Of a stretch of 64,000 nucleotides of DNA, positions 42,461-57,561 are shown piece by piece. Location of the stretch: NCBI RefSeq assembly GCF_009914755.1, contig NC_060931.1. One strand, written 5' to 3'. The notes below the pieces were generated by a model. That model was not told the DNA's origin. It made no database searches and saw only the letters and a list, made by a program, of their open reading frames with translations. The translations under genes and the position numbers were made by a program. This DNA comes from the human T2T-CHM13v2.0 reference genome, Homo sapiens. Within the stretch, counting starts at the first letter, position 1. Each line of letters opens with the position of its first letter.

Positions 42461-42923
42461 TTATCAGTCAGTATCCAATGAGGAAAACATAAATCATTCT
42501 AGGTATTTCTAACAATGGGATTTAACATAGGGAATTGGTAACAAATGTGTTACAAAGGTTGACCGAGCAAAAGGGAGGATATTATCCCAAGATCAGGAAG
42601 CTGCTACAACTGCTGGGACAGAGCTACGAGACTAGATTCATCACTGACTCTGCTGGGGATTCAGCCATTGCAGCTAAGAAGCAGCTGCCCTTGATCCCTT
42701 TACTGGAGACCCCTGTGCTAACTCTATGATATCCTCAGCTCTCACTGAGGATGCTGGAGCCAAGGCTACCACTGAGAAACCTGGAGTTGCCTGTCACAGC
42801 CAGAAGCAGAAGTGTCTCCCTTCCTCCTGCCTTCTAATTTTGCTTCAGTACCTCCCACGGGTGGCACCTATCTAAAAGCCAATAGTCAAGACATTCTAGG
42901 AAAGTGGTTTCAATCTTTCTGGA
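42461..42923. mobile_element. Old ERVL/MaLR-class LTR (family uncertain)
   Basis: tatcagtcagtatccaatgaggaaaac...ctaggtatttc...gggatttaacatagggaattgg opening typical of old LTRs. Confidence 0.5.
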
Positions 42924-43187
42924 AACAAAGACAGCATGGAACATTCTGTGTTTGAGTGCTAGCAGACAGTACCTGGCGTATGTACAGATTTTAAGAAGAA
43001 AATAATGAGGTAACAAAGACAGCATGGAACATTCTGTGTTTGAGTGCTAGCGGACAGTACCTGGCGTATGTACAGATTTTAAGAAGAAAATAATGAGGTA
43101 ACAAAGACAGCATGGAACATTCTGTGTTTGAGTGCTAGCGGACAGTACCTGGCGTATGTACAGATTTTAAGAAGAAAATAATCAGGT
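42924..43187 (+). repeat. 88-bp unit x3 near-perfect tandem repeat (VNTR-like)
   Basis: Units start at 42924, 43012 and 43100; only two variant positions. Confidence 0.97.
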
Positions 43188-43844
43188 GAAAGTAATGTCA
43201 TCAAAACAGGCTTGTATCTTAATAGTTCTGGGTTAATACAAATAAAAAATACTCAATATAAGAACTCTACATCATTTCAAGAAAAAAAATTCTTAAAGAA
43301 TGATACATAATAAAACAGGCAGTTAACTCCAACTAGCTTTTAAACTCTGTTTACTGGAAAAATTCATGTGGTTTGGAATTGAGCTAATCTTCAGAGTTGA
43401 AGGAATTTTCTAATGTGGAAATTTACTTCTTAGTGAAACAAGTAGATGAAATAAATCATTTATTCATCCATTCAGCAGTTTCATAAGGGATAGGCTATAT
43501 GCATTATTCTAACTTCTGTGGATAATGCCTGAGGACACCATGGCCTCATCTGCAACTTCAGGCCATATTATAATGTGATATAACAGATATATTGTATATG
43601 CAAAATACAATGGGGCATAAAGATGAAGTGAGGGAGAACATTAGAGGGCAGAAGAAACAGTATGTGCAAAGCTACAGATGCACCAAAAAAAATATGACGA
43701 GTTTGGGAAATACTGTTTTCTTTCAGTGTGAAAGGCTCTGGAGTGACTGGTATTTCTCTCTTTCTCTTTTGTTTTTACACAGTGATCTTTAGTTTTTAAT
43801 GCAAATAGTAGGAAAAGATAATTATTTTCAGTATCATTTCAGTA

Positions 43845-44170
43845 TTTTAATTGTATATATTTATGTATTTACAGTATACAATGTGATGTTTTGATATATG
43901 TATACTGTGAAATAATTAAATCAAGCTATTTAATATATCTATCACCTCCTTATCATTTTTTGTGTATTGAGAACATGTAAGATCTCTCAGCAATTTTCAT
44001 ATATACGTTATTATTAATTATAGTCACCATGCTGTACAATAGATTCATAGGTCTCCAGAACTTATTGATTCTAACTGAAACTTTGTCCCCTTTGATAAAC
44101 ATCTCCCCATTTTCTGCCACACACTCCTCCTGCCCCCAGCCTCTGGCAACCACCATTCTACTCTCTGTGG
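43845..44170 (-). mobile_element. L1MA-type 3' end
   Basis: tacaatgtgatgttttgatatatgtatac...ttaattatagtcaccatgctgtacaataga...ggcaaccaccattctactctctg. Confidence 0.88.
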
Positions 44171-44199
44171 GAAATATTATTGAAAGGTTTTTCACAATA

Positions 44200-44780
44200 T
44201 CCATTTCACCTTGTTACTTTCCTGCATCCAAAACCCCTCAATGGCTTCCCTTCACACCAAAGGAATCCCAAAGTCCCTACAGGGCCCCTGTGTGATCTGG
44301 CTCCTGGCTACCATTTGGATCTCATCTCCTCCCATACTGGCTTTCTTGCTGTTCCAACTTTAAGGTTGCGACTCTTGCTGTTCCCTCTGCCTAGAACTCT
44401 CCACCCCCAGGTATCTGTCTGGCTTGCTTCTCTGCTTCAGCTGGGTTGCTCCTCAAATCTCACCCCATCAAAAAGGTCTTTCCTGATCACTGTAACTAAC
44501 TGAGCTTCTCTCTTCTTACCTTGATTGCCTTTTCTTAATGGTATTTATCTATTTTTATATACTTATACATATATATTTTTATATTTTATATACTTATATA
44601 TTACATACCCATCCATTGATATTACACACCTATACATTGTCTCCTATCTTACACATACACATGAGGGGGCAAGCCCGTTGCTTTATTTGCTGCTGTAACT
44701 CAGCACCTAGAACAACCTGGTACATGTTAGATACTCAATCATTACTTGCAAAATGAAACAATAAATAATCGAATGAACAG
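44200..44780 (+). mobile_element. L2 fragments
   Basis: ccctcaatggcttccc...ttgctgttccctctgcctagaac...cagcacctagaaca...gaatgaa end. Confidence 0.75.
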
Positions 44781-45854
44781 ATGAATCAATGGGTAGGAGA
44801 AAAAGGTAAAGACGTAAAGACTCAGATGGGGTTCCATGGTGGGAAAACAGAATGCAATATTAGGATATCAGACTCTGGTATTTGAGGTCAGAGAAGTGCT
44901 AGGAGAGTGGGGGAGGAAAGGATACAAAGAGAAGGTAAAGAGGAGCCTTGATCACTTTTCCAGGTTCTGATTTGCCTGGAATTGGCCCTTTGGCAAATCA
45001 TTTTGGGTTTTGGATCAAATAGGAAATGCTTTTGGTATACTTATGAGATTTTCAAGGAGGAAACTCTACATAGACTCACATCAAACTTGAGCCTAAAATT
45101 TTAAAAAAGAAGACATTTACTTCCAAATACTGTAGCAAGAATAAAATATGCTAAAGATAAAAATATCACAGAACTGTGGTTGAATGACTAACTGTGAAAT
45201 CCCCTGCCTATCCTCCCTTCCCAATCACTGTCACCCATAATAACTGCAGGGAAGTCTCCTGGAGGTACATATAGTGAACAAGTGATCAGTTCCAAAGGAA
45301 AAAAGGTGGTGGAGAGGATAAAAATTAGAATGATGACATGGCAAGTAGCATTAACATCAGAAAAAGGAAAGAGCTAGGAATCCAAGTCAGCCTGGCCAGC
45401 ACAAGCAACAGCATAGCTCCAACAGCTGCTCCCTGGCATGTACTGAGGAGGCTTTTCTTCTAAAATAACTTCTCCTAGATGACCTCACTTCTCATCTGAT
45501 ACTCTCTCTCATTCCCTCCTTCTCCCTCCCTAACCTTGGAGGCTGAGCTTGTTTTCCTTGGTGCCTTGCCAAGAACAAGATATAAATTCCACATAAAAGT
45601 GAAACACATCCCTGAAGTCCTCCTTGACAATGAACCTTCCTTTAAGAGTTCGGTTTCCTGGCTGCTTAGTTAACAGGACTTGCATATGTTTTATAAATTT
45701 ATTCAAAGCATAAGACACTTAACAGAGGACATTAGAGAAATAAAATTAGAACACCATTAATGAATTTTACCATGTTCTATATGGTTTTGTTCTACTACAC
45801 TTTAAAGCTTTTGAGAGTGAAAAGAAAAGGGAAACAGAGTAAGAAAGCTTATTA

Positions 45855-46037
<183 letters not shown>

Positions 46038-46120
46038 TCAATCTAGTGAAAGTGCTCTTCAATTCTCTACCTTTTGCCAAATGAATTGGGACAAAAATGC
46101 CGAAGCATTACCCTTATGGT

Positions 46121-46222
46121 AGAGTTGCCAGGTTTGGTAAATAAAAATACAGCAAATGAATATTCAAATTTAACTGGGCATTCTGGTTTGTTTGTTTGTT
46201 TGTTTGTTTGTTGGCAACTCTG
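46121..46222. mobile_element. Short hAT MITE (MER53-like)
   Basis: Inverted termini agagttgcca / tggcaactct; aaataaaaatacag. Confidence 0.6.
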
Positions 46223-46269
46223 TCCTGTAGGGCTCTTGCTTATAGGACATCCTTAAGAACATGGCTCTA

Positions 46270-46450
46270 GACACAGCTCTGTAACCTTAGTAAATAATTT
46301 AATCTCATTAAGCCTCAGTTTCCTCATCTACAGAATGAGTTAATAATAAAGCCTACCTCATAGGATTGTTTTGAGAATTAAATGATTTAATTTATATAAT
46401 GCTATACAAAGTGGTGTTTCACACATAGAAAGTATTCAATTAGTTATTAT
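46270..46450 (+). mobile_element. MIR
   Basis: aagcctcagtttcctcatcta...ataataaagcctacctcataggattgttttgagaattaaatga. Confidence 0.85.
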
Positions 46451-47631
46451 TGCTAAAGAGATGGTGAATTGTTTAAATCAATGCATTTGATTGATTATTA
46501 GAAGATTATTTGCCAGTAAAACTTAACCAAATGTCCCTGGTTTGGGTTTGTTTAGTATTTTTAACTTTAGGAATTGCTCTTGAAAGTAATAACAGGAGCA
46601 TATACAATTTTTACTCAAATACTTAAAATATCTACACTTCAGTTCTACATTGGCTACAGAGGGATGTATGGAAAAGGAAAAGGACTAAGAGAGAAGAACA
46701 CAAACTTGATAAAAGAAAAGAAAAAGACAAGGGAATGTGTTTCACTTGACCTGTACACTTTTTATAAATGTTTATTTTCCAACACTTAAAACTGGGGGAA
46801 TTCACATAGTTATATAGAATTCTGGCTTCTCTTGACAAATCAGATCTTTGTCCCCCACCACAACCCCCATCCCAAGCCTTGGGTAGCAGTTGCTCTCTTT
46901 AGGTCTAGTATGTGCATTCCAGTTTAGCCATACTGTCCCCCAGACACAGAGGCCTGGTGCCACTCGCCATTAACCAATACACTTGCATTGTTGTTATTTT
47001 TATATTTGCTCAACTTCACTCATTCATTTTACCTGCCAAGTACAACAGTTGGGGCCCAGGTGTGGTTTAAGATTGCATTGACCCTTCAAATAATCTCTAA
47101 CAGCAACCCTAAGCCACTCAAATAAACATATAGTCTAACTAAATAAATAATTAGTGCTTTTAGTGAGCTAAAGGCAGTTAAGACAACTCGCCTGGGCCAA
47201 GACTTCAAATGTTTATACTTAGATACCTCCTAAAAAATGTTGAAAACTTTGTGCTCCTTGCACATGTTTATGTTCAAATCTAAAATTTCGTATCATGTTT
47301 AAACAGTTGAAATGATATTATTTTTGGCAAAATGTCACAGTCTACCTTCCATCTTGAATTTCCTCCATATTCTGATTAAATTCTCTTTTATTTACATACT
47401 ATAAAATTCTCTCTCTGTGGTGTGCAGCTCTGTAGCTTTTTCCGTAGTCATGTATCCAGTACAAATTCCATCATCCCTACAGCAGAACAGTTCCATCATC
47501 CCTCATCTCCCTCAAGATGCCCCTTTGTACTAATGCTTTGTAATAGTCAATATTCCTTCACAAAGTAGAGATACTTGAAGAGCAGTGTAGTACATAAATT
47601 AGATTATAGAATAAAATAAATTATAGCCTTA

Positions 47632-48130
47632 TGGCAGGCAGTACCAATTGTGTTTCAATAACCATTTGCCCCTTCTTTCATAGTTTAGGACCCCCAATTT
47701 TTAGTGGGTCACTTGGTCTGAGATTAAAGTTTATACTTTTCAGGCTCCTTTGCATCTAGCTTTGGCCATTGTGGCTAAGCTCTGGACAACAAAGCAAAAG
47801 TGAAAATATTTAGCAACATACACAGACCTTATTTACAAGGTAGCTGCTGACTACCCTTTGCCCCTTTCTTCTTTGTCCCTATCTCTATTGCCCTAGCTGA
47901 AACGGGGACATGATTGTTAGCTCTCTAGCTACCATCTTGGGCCATTGAGACAAGAGCTACAGTACAGAGTCCATGTTCAAAAGGGTTGTCTGGAGCTGAA
48001 CCACCATTTCAATCCTAGACTGCCTATCTGAATTGTTAGATGAAGGAAAAATAAGCATCTATCTCATTTAAGCCACTATATTTTATTTTGTTATTTATTT
48101 GTCTATTAATCATAACAATCTAATGATAAT
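47632..48130 (+). mobile_element. MLT1 (H/I/J-like) LTR
   Basis: ggctcctttgcatctagc...gctaagctctggacaa...gctaccatcttgg...tcatttaagccacta. Confidence 0.65.
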
Positions 48131-50532
48131 TATTATACCAGTTGATGTTTTAAATAGTATTCCTTTGAATCCTATGCCATTGTCATCTGGTAGGTCCAAA
48201 ATGGGAAGTTATTGAAAATTCCTTGGAATTTTAACTAATACATACTCATGGAAGGTGGACGGGGGAGAATCGGAATATATAAAGAAATAAATAAAAATTA
48301 ATTTTTGGTCACATTACTAAAGATAAATGACCTTAACATCTTGCTATATGTATTAACATTTTTCTTTATGCATAAATGTGTCAAAATTAACTTTTTAGTA
48401 TTATTGTCATCCTATCTAGGACATAGTATACAATTAGAGGAAAACCATTAATTTTGCAGATCATGACCACTGTTTAGAATTTATCTATTTAATATCGTAT
48501 TCCCAGAGGGTCAATTGAGATCGTCCTGTAACTTTAAGTTTGGCAGCAGATAATTGGCTTCAAGCTTTTGGATTATCATACATGTCTTTCTCCCATGAAA
48601 ATATAACTTTGGCTCTTTTGGATATTAAGATGTATAAACTTATCTTTAAAAATAAACTGAAATAAAAATAAGCTATCTTTCATTACCCAAGCTTATTATA
48701 GGAGTTTGGTGATCCATATGTTGATTCTAAAGATACTTTTCAAAAGCCATATCCATACATAAATTTACACTGGCAACATTTCTTTCTTCCTGTGTAGTGC
48801 TTTAAAATTCAAATACAAAGAGACCATCCCTAAATTATCTTGCCTTGTGAGTGACATCCTCCATTAAGGCCTAAATTTACCTCCAGCCCACATAGATCCA
48901 GTGTTCATAGAGTTTGCTGCTTTGAATTTTAATAGCTGGAATAAAGAATAGTGAAAAAGAGGTTTAAGAAATTACTTGTGCTGAAAAAAACTCAGCCTCA
49001 CATTAGTTTAGATATCCTTTATGAACATCTAGCTTCGAAGAAGGAGATTTACAGAGGAACTGATTTTGACTTGGGCTTAAGGAATACAAGGCATGAGTCA
49101 TATACCCATAGCAAGTGGCCTGTGTTTTGTCACCTGAGATCAGGCATGGCATTGGGGAAAACTTTCCTGTGGCACCTCCCATATAATTAAGCTGGAGTTA
49201 AAGGGAGTAAGGTGAAACAAGATTTCTGTGGCATGTTCCTATATAAGGAAATTTCAAAATGTATTATAATAACATCTGTGGAAATAAGAAATACATGTCT
49301 GGTAAAAAAAATTAACTGAAATTTCTACACGTTAAATGAGAGAATGTTGTACAAACAAATGATAAAGATGGGTCTCCATCTTCATTGAAAACATAACAGA
49401 AGGACATAGGCCTTGTCTGTAACATGAAAGAGGTGAGTTATATTTCAGAAATTTCCTAACAGGGAGGAGGCAGTGGACAGGGTTAACAAGTGAAGGTATT
49501 GGGGTTCTATTAGTGAAAGCATTTTGGAATCTATATTCACCCATAGGAAAGTAGTTTTTGTTTTTGTTATATTTTGTCTTTTAGAGCGAAAAGTAGGAAA
49601 ATACGCTTGGTTACTAGCCCAGTGGCTATTTGCAATGTTCCTTCCAGGAACCACCTTATTCCCCAATTAAGAGGCAGGTGAGAAGATTCACCTCCAACAA
49701 TTGTGGGAAAAACAAGGCTCACTGTAGAAATAGAAAGCTGTGCAGACACAGTGGGTGAATGTTATGAGACAGAAACCCGAAAGGAGAAGAGAAAGGTTGT
49801 GAGATGATAGGCAGTGGACAGAAGAGAGACAGACACTAGAAGTAAGAGCTTGGAGGGAAACGGGAGGACTGGATCTGGGTGCCCCACTTCTCCAGGATGA
49901 GACTTGAAAGAGAGGAGAGGCAGAATCTGCAGGACTGTCTAGGTCTCGGTATGTTTAGACAAAGTTTGCTGGTAGCTCAGCTCACCTCCAAGTTCCCTCT
50001 CTCATTCTGGCTGCTATGTGCTGCTTCCTGGTCTGCCAGGCCCCAACCCCCCAGCACCCTTGCACACCTATTTAAGTCTCTCTCTCATCTAAATCCCTCA
50101 AAACTCACAAATTACGGGAGGTCTACATTCATATTGGTCTTTTTTTGGTTGGCTTTCTCACATATGCTCACGAAAGTAAGTTCTATCATTATTTGTTCAT
50201 TTTTAAACTCCTGACAATTTTTTTATTTCTTCCTTTCTCTGTCATCCTCTCCCATTATCACTACATTGTATTCCCATTTCCTGGACCTTGAAGGTATCTG
50301 ATAAGGGTGCAATAATGCACACAAACAAACAGGTTGTTCAAGTAACTCTAGATATTCCAGGATTCTACACCCAGAGATTTTAATTCAGTAGATCTAAAAA
50401 ATGGCTTGATTCTACATTTTTTAAAGTTCTTTTGGTGATTCTAATGGACTCCTACTTGGGAACAACTAGTTTGATCGATAATTTCAAAGGGAAGTTATAA
50501 CTCATCCAAACACACATATCAAAATGAAAAAC

Positions 50533-50639
50533 AGGAAGTCCTACCCATAGCAATCAGGAAAGATAAAAAAATAAAGGGAATCCAAATTGAAAAAGAGGAA
50601 GTCAAACTGTCTCTGTTTGCTGATAATATGATCTTATAC
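50533..50639 (+). mobile_element. Isolated L1 ORF2 (RT motif region) fragment
   Basis: ggaagtcct...gaggaagtcaaactgtctctgtttgctgataatatgatc ([13 protein letters not shown]). Confidence 0.85.
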
Positions 50640-51708
50640 TTTTCATTTTCTTTTTTTCCCTGTCTTTATCTCCTTTCTTCTTTCCTTCTCTCCTGCCCCC
50701 TCTGACTATACTATGGATTTACAAACTGAAGTGTCTACAAAAGTTAGGCCAATGTTGACTCCAGAACTTTTACACAAGAGGAGCTAAAGGCCAGCAACAG
50801 TAAAAGGAAAGACAGCAAAGTCAGCAATCTTCAACCTAAAGAATGCATGGCCCTGGGGTACAGTGGGCATGGGAAGACTTTCAAGAAATGCAAGGATACT
50901 AATAGTTTTAAAAGAATCAATTTTCCATACTCTCAACATTCTTTTCTAGCATCAAGTAGATTCTGTAATCCATCTCCCTTTTCACAATATCATTCTCCTA
51001 ATAAAAGTCATACCTTTAGCAATTAGGAATTTCACCATAGTACATTTCTCCAGGGGAGTAACAACTTCCAAGGTAAATAGCTAAGGAGAAATTACAAATA
51101 CTGCTATTGGGAAACCTTTTTACTGAGTAATAACAGTAATTTAACCCCATTTAATTAAAACTGCCTGCCTTCAGTTTTGTATCAATTTGGGGTAAGAATG
51201 AAGAATTTGGTTTATTTTGGAGCTTCTTAGGATGGCCAAAAGTCAGATGTATTGTAGACCCATGGCCAAAAGAAGTGGTGATTTTACCTTTATAATTTTG
51301 AACCCTCAATCCTTAAACTATTAGCAAAGAAGTAATTGCTCAGGAAGGGGTAAGCAAAGCAAGTAGGTAATGCAAAAAATATATAAAGACTGAAATGGAT
51401 TTTTTTTAACTTAAATGTGAGCATTTTATTTTCCATTTTTCTCAGCATTCATTATCAGAAGGAGTAATTATCTGGAATGAAATCACCTCCAAACAACCAA
51501 AGAACAAGAAGTACCACAACATTCTAACTAGAATAAATAAAACCTGCAGATGCAAATTTAATGTGAAATCATTTACATTTTCTATAATTAAAGCATATAA
51601 AAAGGTAATACAATTAACATGTTATCCAAAATATATAATGAAATATATATTTTATATGATGTGTATATAATGAAGGCTTATTCCAACTATATTCATTCTT
51701 ATTTCATC

Positions 51709-52141
<433 letters not shown>

Positions 52142-52142
52142 A

Positions 52143-52207
52143 TTTGTTTTGACCAATTTCTCCCATTTGGAATGAGTATATTTACCCAATTCCTGCACCA
52201 CATTGTA
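52143..52207 (+). mobile_element. Inverted 65-bp piece of THE1 internal sequence at a deletion junction
   Basis: Same sense as THE1C-int ~18712-18775 (ccaatttctcccatttgg), opposite to the adjacent THE1D body. Confidence 0.85.
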
Positions 52208-53811
52208 AGTCCAAAATGATCTCCTTTGACTCTGTGTCTCATATCCAGGGCATGCTGATGCAAGAGGTGGGCTCCCAAGGCCATGAAAAACTCTGCCTCT
52301 GTGGCTTTGCAGGGTACAGCCCCACTCTGGCTGCTTACACAGCTGACACTGAGTGCCAGCAACTTTTCCAGGAACATGGTACAAGCTGTCAGTGGATCTA
52401 TCATGCTGGGGTCTGGAGGACAATGACCCTCTTCTCACAGCTCCACTAGGCAGTGCCCCAGTAGGGACTCTGTGTGAATACTCTTACCCCACATTTCCTT
52501 TCAGCATGGCCTTAGCAGTGGGCCTCCATGAGGGCTCCATCCCTGCAGTAAACTTCTGCCTGGACATCCAAGCCTTTCCATACATCCTTTGATACCTAGG
52601 TGGAGGATCCCAAACCTCAATTCTTGTCTTCTCTGAACCCACAGAACCAAAATCACGTGGACGCTGCCAGAGCTTGGGGCTTGTACTGTCTAAAGCAATG
52701 ACCTAAGCTGTATCTTGGCCCCTTTTAGCCATGGCTAGAGTGCTGGGATACGGGGCACACAGCAGGGGAGCACTGGACCCTGCCCTGGAAACCATTTTTC
52801 CCCTCCCAGGCTTTCAGGCCTGTGATGGGAGGGCCTGCTGCCCTGGAGGCACTTTCCCCATTGCCTTGGTGATTAGCATTTGGCTCCATGTCATTTATGC
52901 AAATTTCTGCACCCGGCTTGACTTTCTCCCCAGAAAATGGGGTTTCTTTTCTATTGCATCATCAGGCTGCAAATTTTCCCAATTTTTATGCTCTGTCAAC
53001 TCTTGAATGCTTTGCTGCTTAGACATTTCTTCTGCCAGATATCCTAAATCAACTCTCTCAAGTTTAAAGTTCCACAGATCTCTAGGGCAGGGGCAAAATG
53101 CCAACAGTCTCTTTGATAAAGCATAATAAAGTGAACTTTTTGCCAGTTTCCAACAAGTTCCTCATCTCCGTCTGAGACCACCTCAGCCTGAACTTCATTG
53201 TCCATATCACTAGCAGCATTTTGGTCAAAGCCATTCAACAAGTCTCTAGGAAGTTGCAAACTTTCCCACATATTCCTGTCTTATGAGCCCTCCAAGTCTC
53301 TAGGAAGTTCCAAACTTTCTCATGTCTTCCTATCTTCTTCTAAGCCCTCCAAACTGTTCCAACCTCCTCTGCCTGTTACCCAGTTCCAAAGTTGCTTCTA
53401 CATTTTTGGGTATACTTATAGCAGCACCCAACTCTGCCAGTACCAATTTACCTTATTAGTTTGTTCTCATGCTGCTAATAAAGAAATACCTGAGACTGGG
53501 TAATTTATAAAGGAAAGAGGTTTAATTGACCGACAGTTCCACATTACTGGGGAGGCCTCAGGAAACTTACAGCTGTGGCAGAAGGAACTTTTTTCATAGG
53601 GCAGCAGGACAGAGAATGAGTCCCAAGCAAAGGGGGAAGCCCCTTACAAAACTATCAGCTCTTGTGAGAACTTACTATCACAAGAACAGCACAGGGGAAA
53701 CACCCCCCAAGATTCAATTATCTACACCTGGTCCCGCCCTTAACACGTGGAGATTATTATAATACAATTCAAGGTGAGATTTGGGTTAGGGCACACAGCC
53801 AAACCATATCA
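52208..53811 (-). mobile_element. THE1D-like MaLR: 5' LTR 53452-53811 and internal 52208-53451; 3' LTR missing
   Basis: Ends cagccaaaccatatca; ORF 53044-53271 MWESLQLPRDLLNGFDQNA. Confidence 0.93.
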
Positions 53812-54299
53812 TGGAGTTAGTTCTGACTTTTCATACACAATTATTTTTTAATCATTCCCAAAAGCTGAGCATCACAGTCTAATATAAGCATGGACACTTA
53901 CTCAAGGAATACAATGACTTTTAGCATGCTCTTTACCTCATAAAAAAATTAGTTTCAGCTGCTCATACATTACTAAAAATTAAGTAATGAATAAGAACAT
54001 AAATTTTTTGTTCTTATAACCTTCCAAAGACACAAATCACAGTTATATTAGTATTAATTATGTTAGTTCCTAAATCATTTTAATCTTGAATTGACTATTT
54101 GCAGTAATCTTTTATGAGATATAATAATTTATCTTGGGCATTTTATTACATTTTAAAAAGTTATATTAACAGGTTTATGAAAATTGGAAAAGGAAGCCAG
54201 ACGTTTCTGATAGAAATGAAGTCTAGTTTGGTGGACTGTGTTGACTGAGAGAACTGGCTTTGATAATTACATTATATGGTAGGCATTTTGCATAAATTT

Positions 54300-54742
54300 G
54301 TATTAGTTCAGGTCTTCCATGAAGATGTGCCAAGACATGGTTAGATGCACAAGTGACTAATTGGGGGTAAAATCCTACAGACAATAAAGGGGAAGGAGCA
54401 AGATATGTCAGCACAGCCTGCAGACCACAATGTAGGTCTGACACATGTGAAAGATGAGTGGTAAAGAATTATAGGATAGGAAGAGTCTCAGGCAGCAGTG
54501 TAATTCTGTGAAAGTTTTGGCTAGGGCAAAGGAAACCCCTGAGCTAACGTTTCCTCTTAGAGGAATCCCATACCTTCAGGGACAAGCCAGCATTATTAAA
54601 GCCATCACTGGTTGGGAGCAGCTCAAGGGAAGTAAAGCCTCTATGCAAGCCCAGTGGTGGATCCACAGAGTACCAGCTGGGACTATCAGTCTAGTCTGCT
54701 TCCGACACCAAGAGATCTGAGAGGCATGTTCCATAGCTGTGG
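54300..54742 (-). mobile_element. LTR16C-like ERVL LTR
   Basis: cagaccacaatgtaggtctgacacatgtgaaag...ggaagagtctcaggcagcagtg...ggttgggagcagc. Confidence 0.65.
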
Positions 54743-55010
54743 AAAACTGAATGAGTTAAATCCATAATCTTATAGTTTTATTTTTTCAGAAAAAAAAGGT
54801 ATTTAAAATACGTGATAAGATAAAAGCATTCTTAACCAAAATATTGTATTGGCAAAGCTGTTCTTAAATGAATAATATTTTAATTTTCACAGACTTTTCT
54901 GGGTATATTGGATTAAAAAGGTGTCTCCAAGTGAAAAACTAATAGTTGCAATTAACAGTCATTTGATAAGTCTTATTAATTATCAGGATTAGGAAAATAA
55001 ATTATTATAA

Positions 55011-55106
55011 TGACTGAGTAATGAATCCTGTTGTGAGTCAGGTGGCTTTCCATTCTTTGCCTTTAAAAAAAATGAAAGAAGAACCTAATTGAGTCATCAG
55101 CTGATG
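55011..55106. promoter_or_regulatory. Candidate AP-1/E-box enhancer cluster
   Basis: TGAGTCA at 55034 and 55090, TGAGTAA at 55015, CAGGTG at 55039, palindrome catcagctgatg at 55095-55106. Confidence 0.35.
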
Positions 55107-55622
55107 TTTAAATTAAAATAATTTTTGGAGACTAGAACACTATATGATTTTGGGATACAATTCAAGCATTTAAGGAATTAAGTGACATAGCCAAAAACTT
55201 GAAATTCCAGTTTATATGAATGTTTTTTTGCAGAGAAATTTGATATATGATAAATAAAAGACTTTCAAGCATAAATGTATACTATAGTAGGATAAAATTC
55301 TGTGAATAAAGTAGAATTGAGAAAGTACATCATGTACACATCATACTACTGAAAAGGTATTCGGTTAAGCCGATCATGAAGAATATCAAATCACTATTAT
55401 ATCAGTTTTGACTTGGAGATTTAGAGAACTGGAAAGAGCATTAATCTCACTCTTGCAAAAGGAAAAATCTAAAACAAAAATGTGAAATTAACAAGTTTCC
55501 TTTAACCAATCAGACAACCAAGGGCACAAGGCAAAGAACTAACCTAAAATCTTGGAATGAGACAGGTGCCTGAAGGGAGAAGCATTTGCTTATCTAGAAC
55601 AGGTGCTATAAGATACCACAGG

Positions 55623-55954
<332 letters not shown>

Positions 55955-56744
55955 CTAAAAATTTTTAATGAATTACAAAAGGATGAGTGTAGCCTAGTAT
56001 AACAATGTGAAGTTCCTGAGGGCCACAGATATATGAGGCTTCCTAATCTCTTGCAGCCTTTTCTCCATAAACCCAACAGACATAGAAATGACTGACACAA
56101 ATCCAGAAAAATCTCCCCAGGGGTGCTGTTTGGGTTGCTGTTTGGCCACTGCTGAAATGCCACCCAGACCTATCTCCCTGGTGTCCCCATAATTTATAGG
56201 GAAAAGAAAAGCAACAATAAAAACAAATATGTCAGCTTAGAACATGTAGGGAAACCCATCATAGCTGGAGGAACGGAACATGGAGGAGATAGTTCCACCT
56301 TTGTGGTACAGATAGGAATACCTGATAGACCCAGCATGACTGCTGGAGGAGGGGCAGGAATACTTTGGAAAGCCATATTCCTGAAAACAAAAGCCACAGT
56401 CACTAACAGAAATTGATGCTTAATCAGAACACACCCTTCTGATTTCCCACCACCAGGTTAACAAGTGTTAACCTGCCCTCAGTTTTCTGATTGCTTAAAG
56501 GAAACTTGTTCATTTGACCTTATTTTTTTTAAGATTTTTCTTGTTACAGTTGCATACAGCTAGGATAGCTGTAAGAGATATACTATATCACAGGTGCAAA
56601 GAAAAGGGAAGATCCAAAGCCTAGGAGGAGCAGATATTGAGAAAATGGCCTCGAAGCTATTAACCACTAGAGGAACTTGACGCATATGGTACACCAAGGG
56701 TAACCATAACAACAGACCCCAAACACAGCCCAATTCCCAATTAG

Positions 56745-57114
<370 letters not shown>

Positions 57115-57462
57115 AAGACATCCTTATTTCTAAGTGTGATAATATTTACTATTTACCTCAGTATTTATCCTAAACAAGATGTCCAGCTTCAACAAAATAT
57201 TATGAGGCAAATGAAAAGTCAAACAAAACACACCCTCAAAAGAAGAGGCAATAATTGTAATCAGAATAAGACACAGATGTTGGAACTATCAGACAAGGAA
57301 TTTAAAATAGCTATGATTCATATATTAAAGGCACTAATTAAAAGGTAGACAATATGCAAGATCAGATATATAATTTCAGAAGGGAAATCAAAACTTTAAG
57401 AAAGAACCAAATGGAAATGGTAGAAATCAAAAACACAGTAACAGAGATAAAGAATGCCTTCA

Positions 57463-57561
57463 ACCAGGCATGGTGGCTCACACTTGTAATCCCAACACTT
57501 TGAGAGGCTGAGGCAGATGGATTGCTTGAACTCGAGTGTGAGACCAGCCTAGGCAACACGG
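57463..57561 (+). mobile_element. Truncated Alu left arm (AluJ/FLAM-like)
   Basis: ccaggcatggtggctcacacttgtaatcc...gagaccagcctaggcaacacgg; no tail. Confidence 0.88.

Noticed and set aside
42924-43187. CRISPR-like array
   Set aside because: Units are contiguous with no unique spacers, there are no cas genes, and the DNA is primate; it is a tandem repeat.
53239-53352. ~53-bp tandem duplication inside THE1D-int
   Set aside because: I recall this duplication in other THE1D internal copies, so it is probably a subfamily trait rather than locus-specific (not verified).
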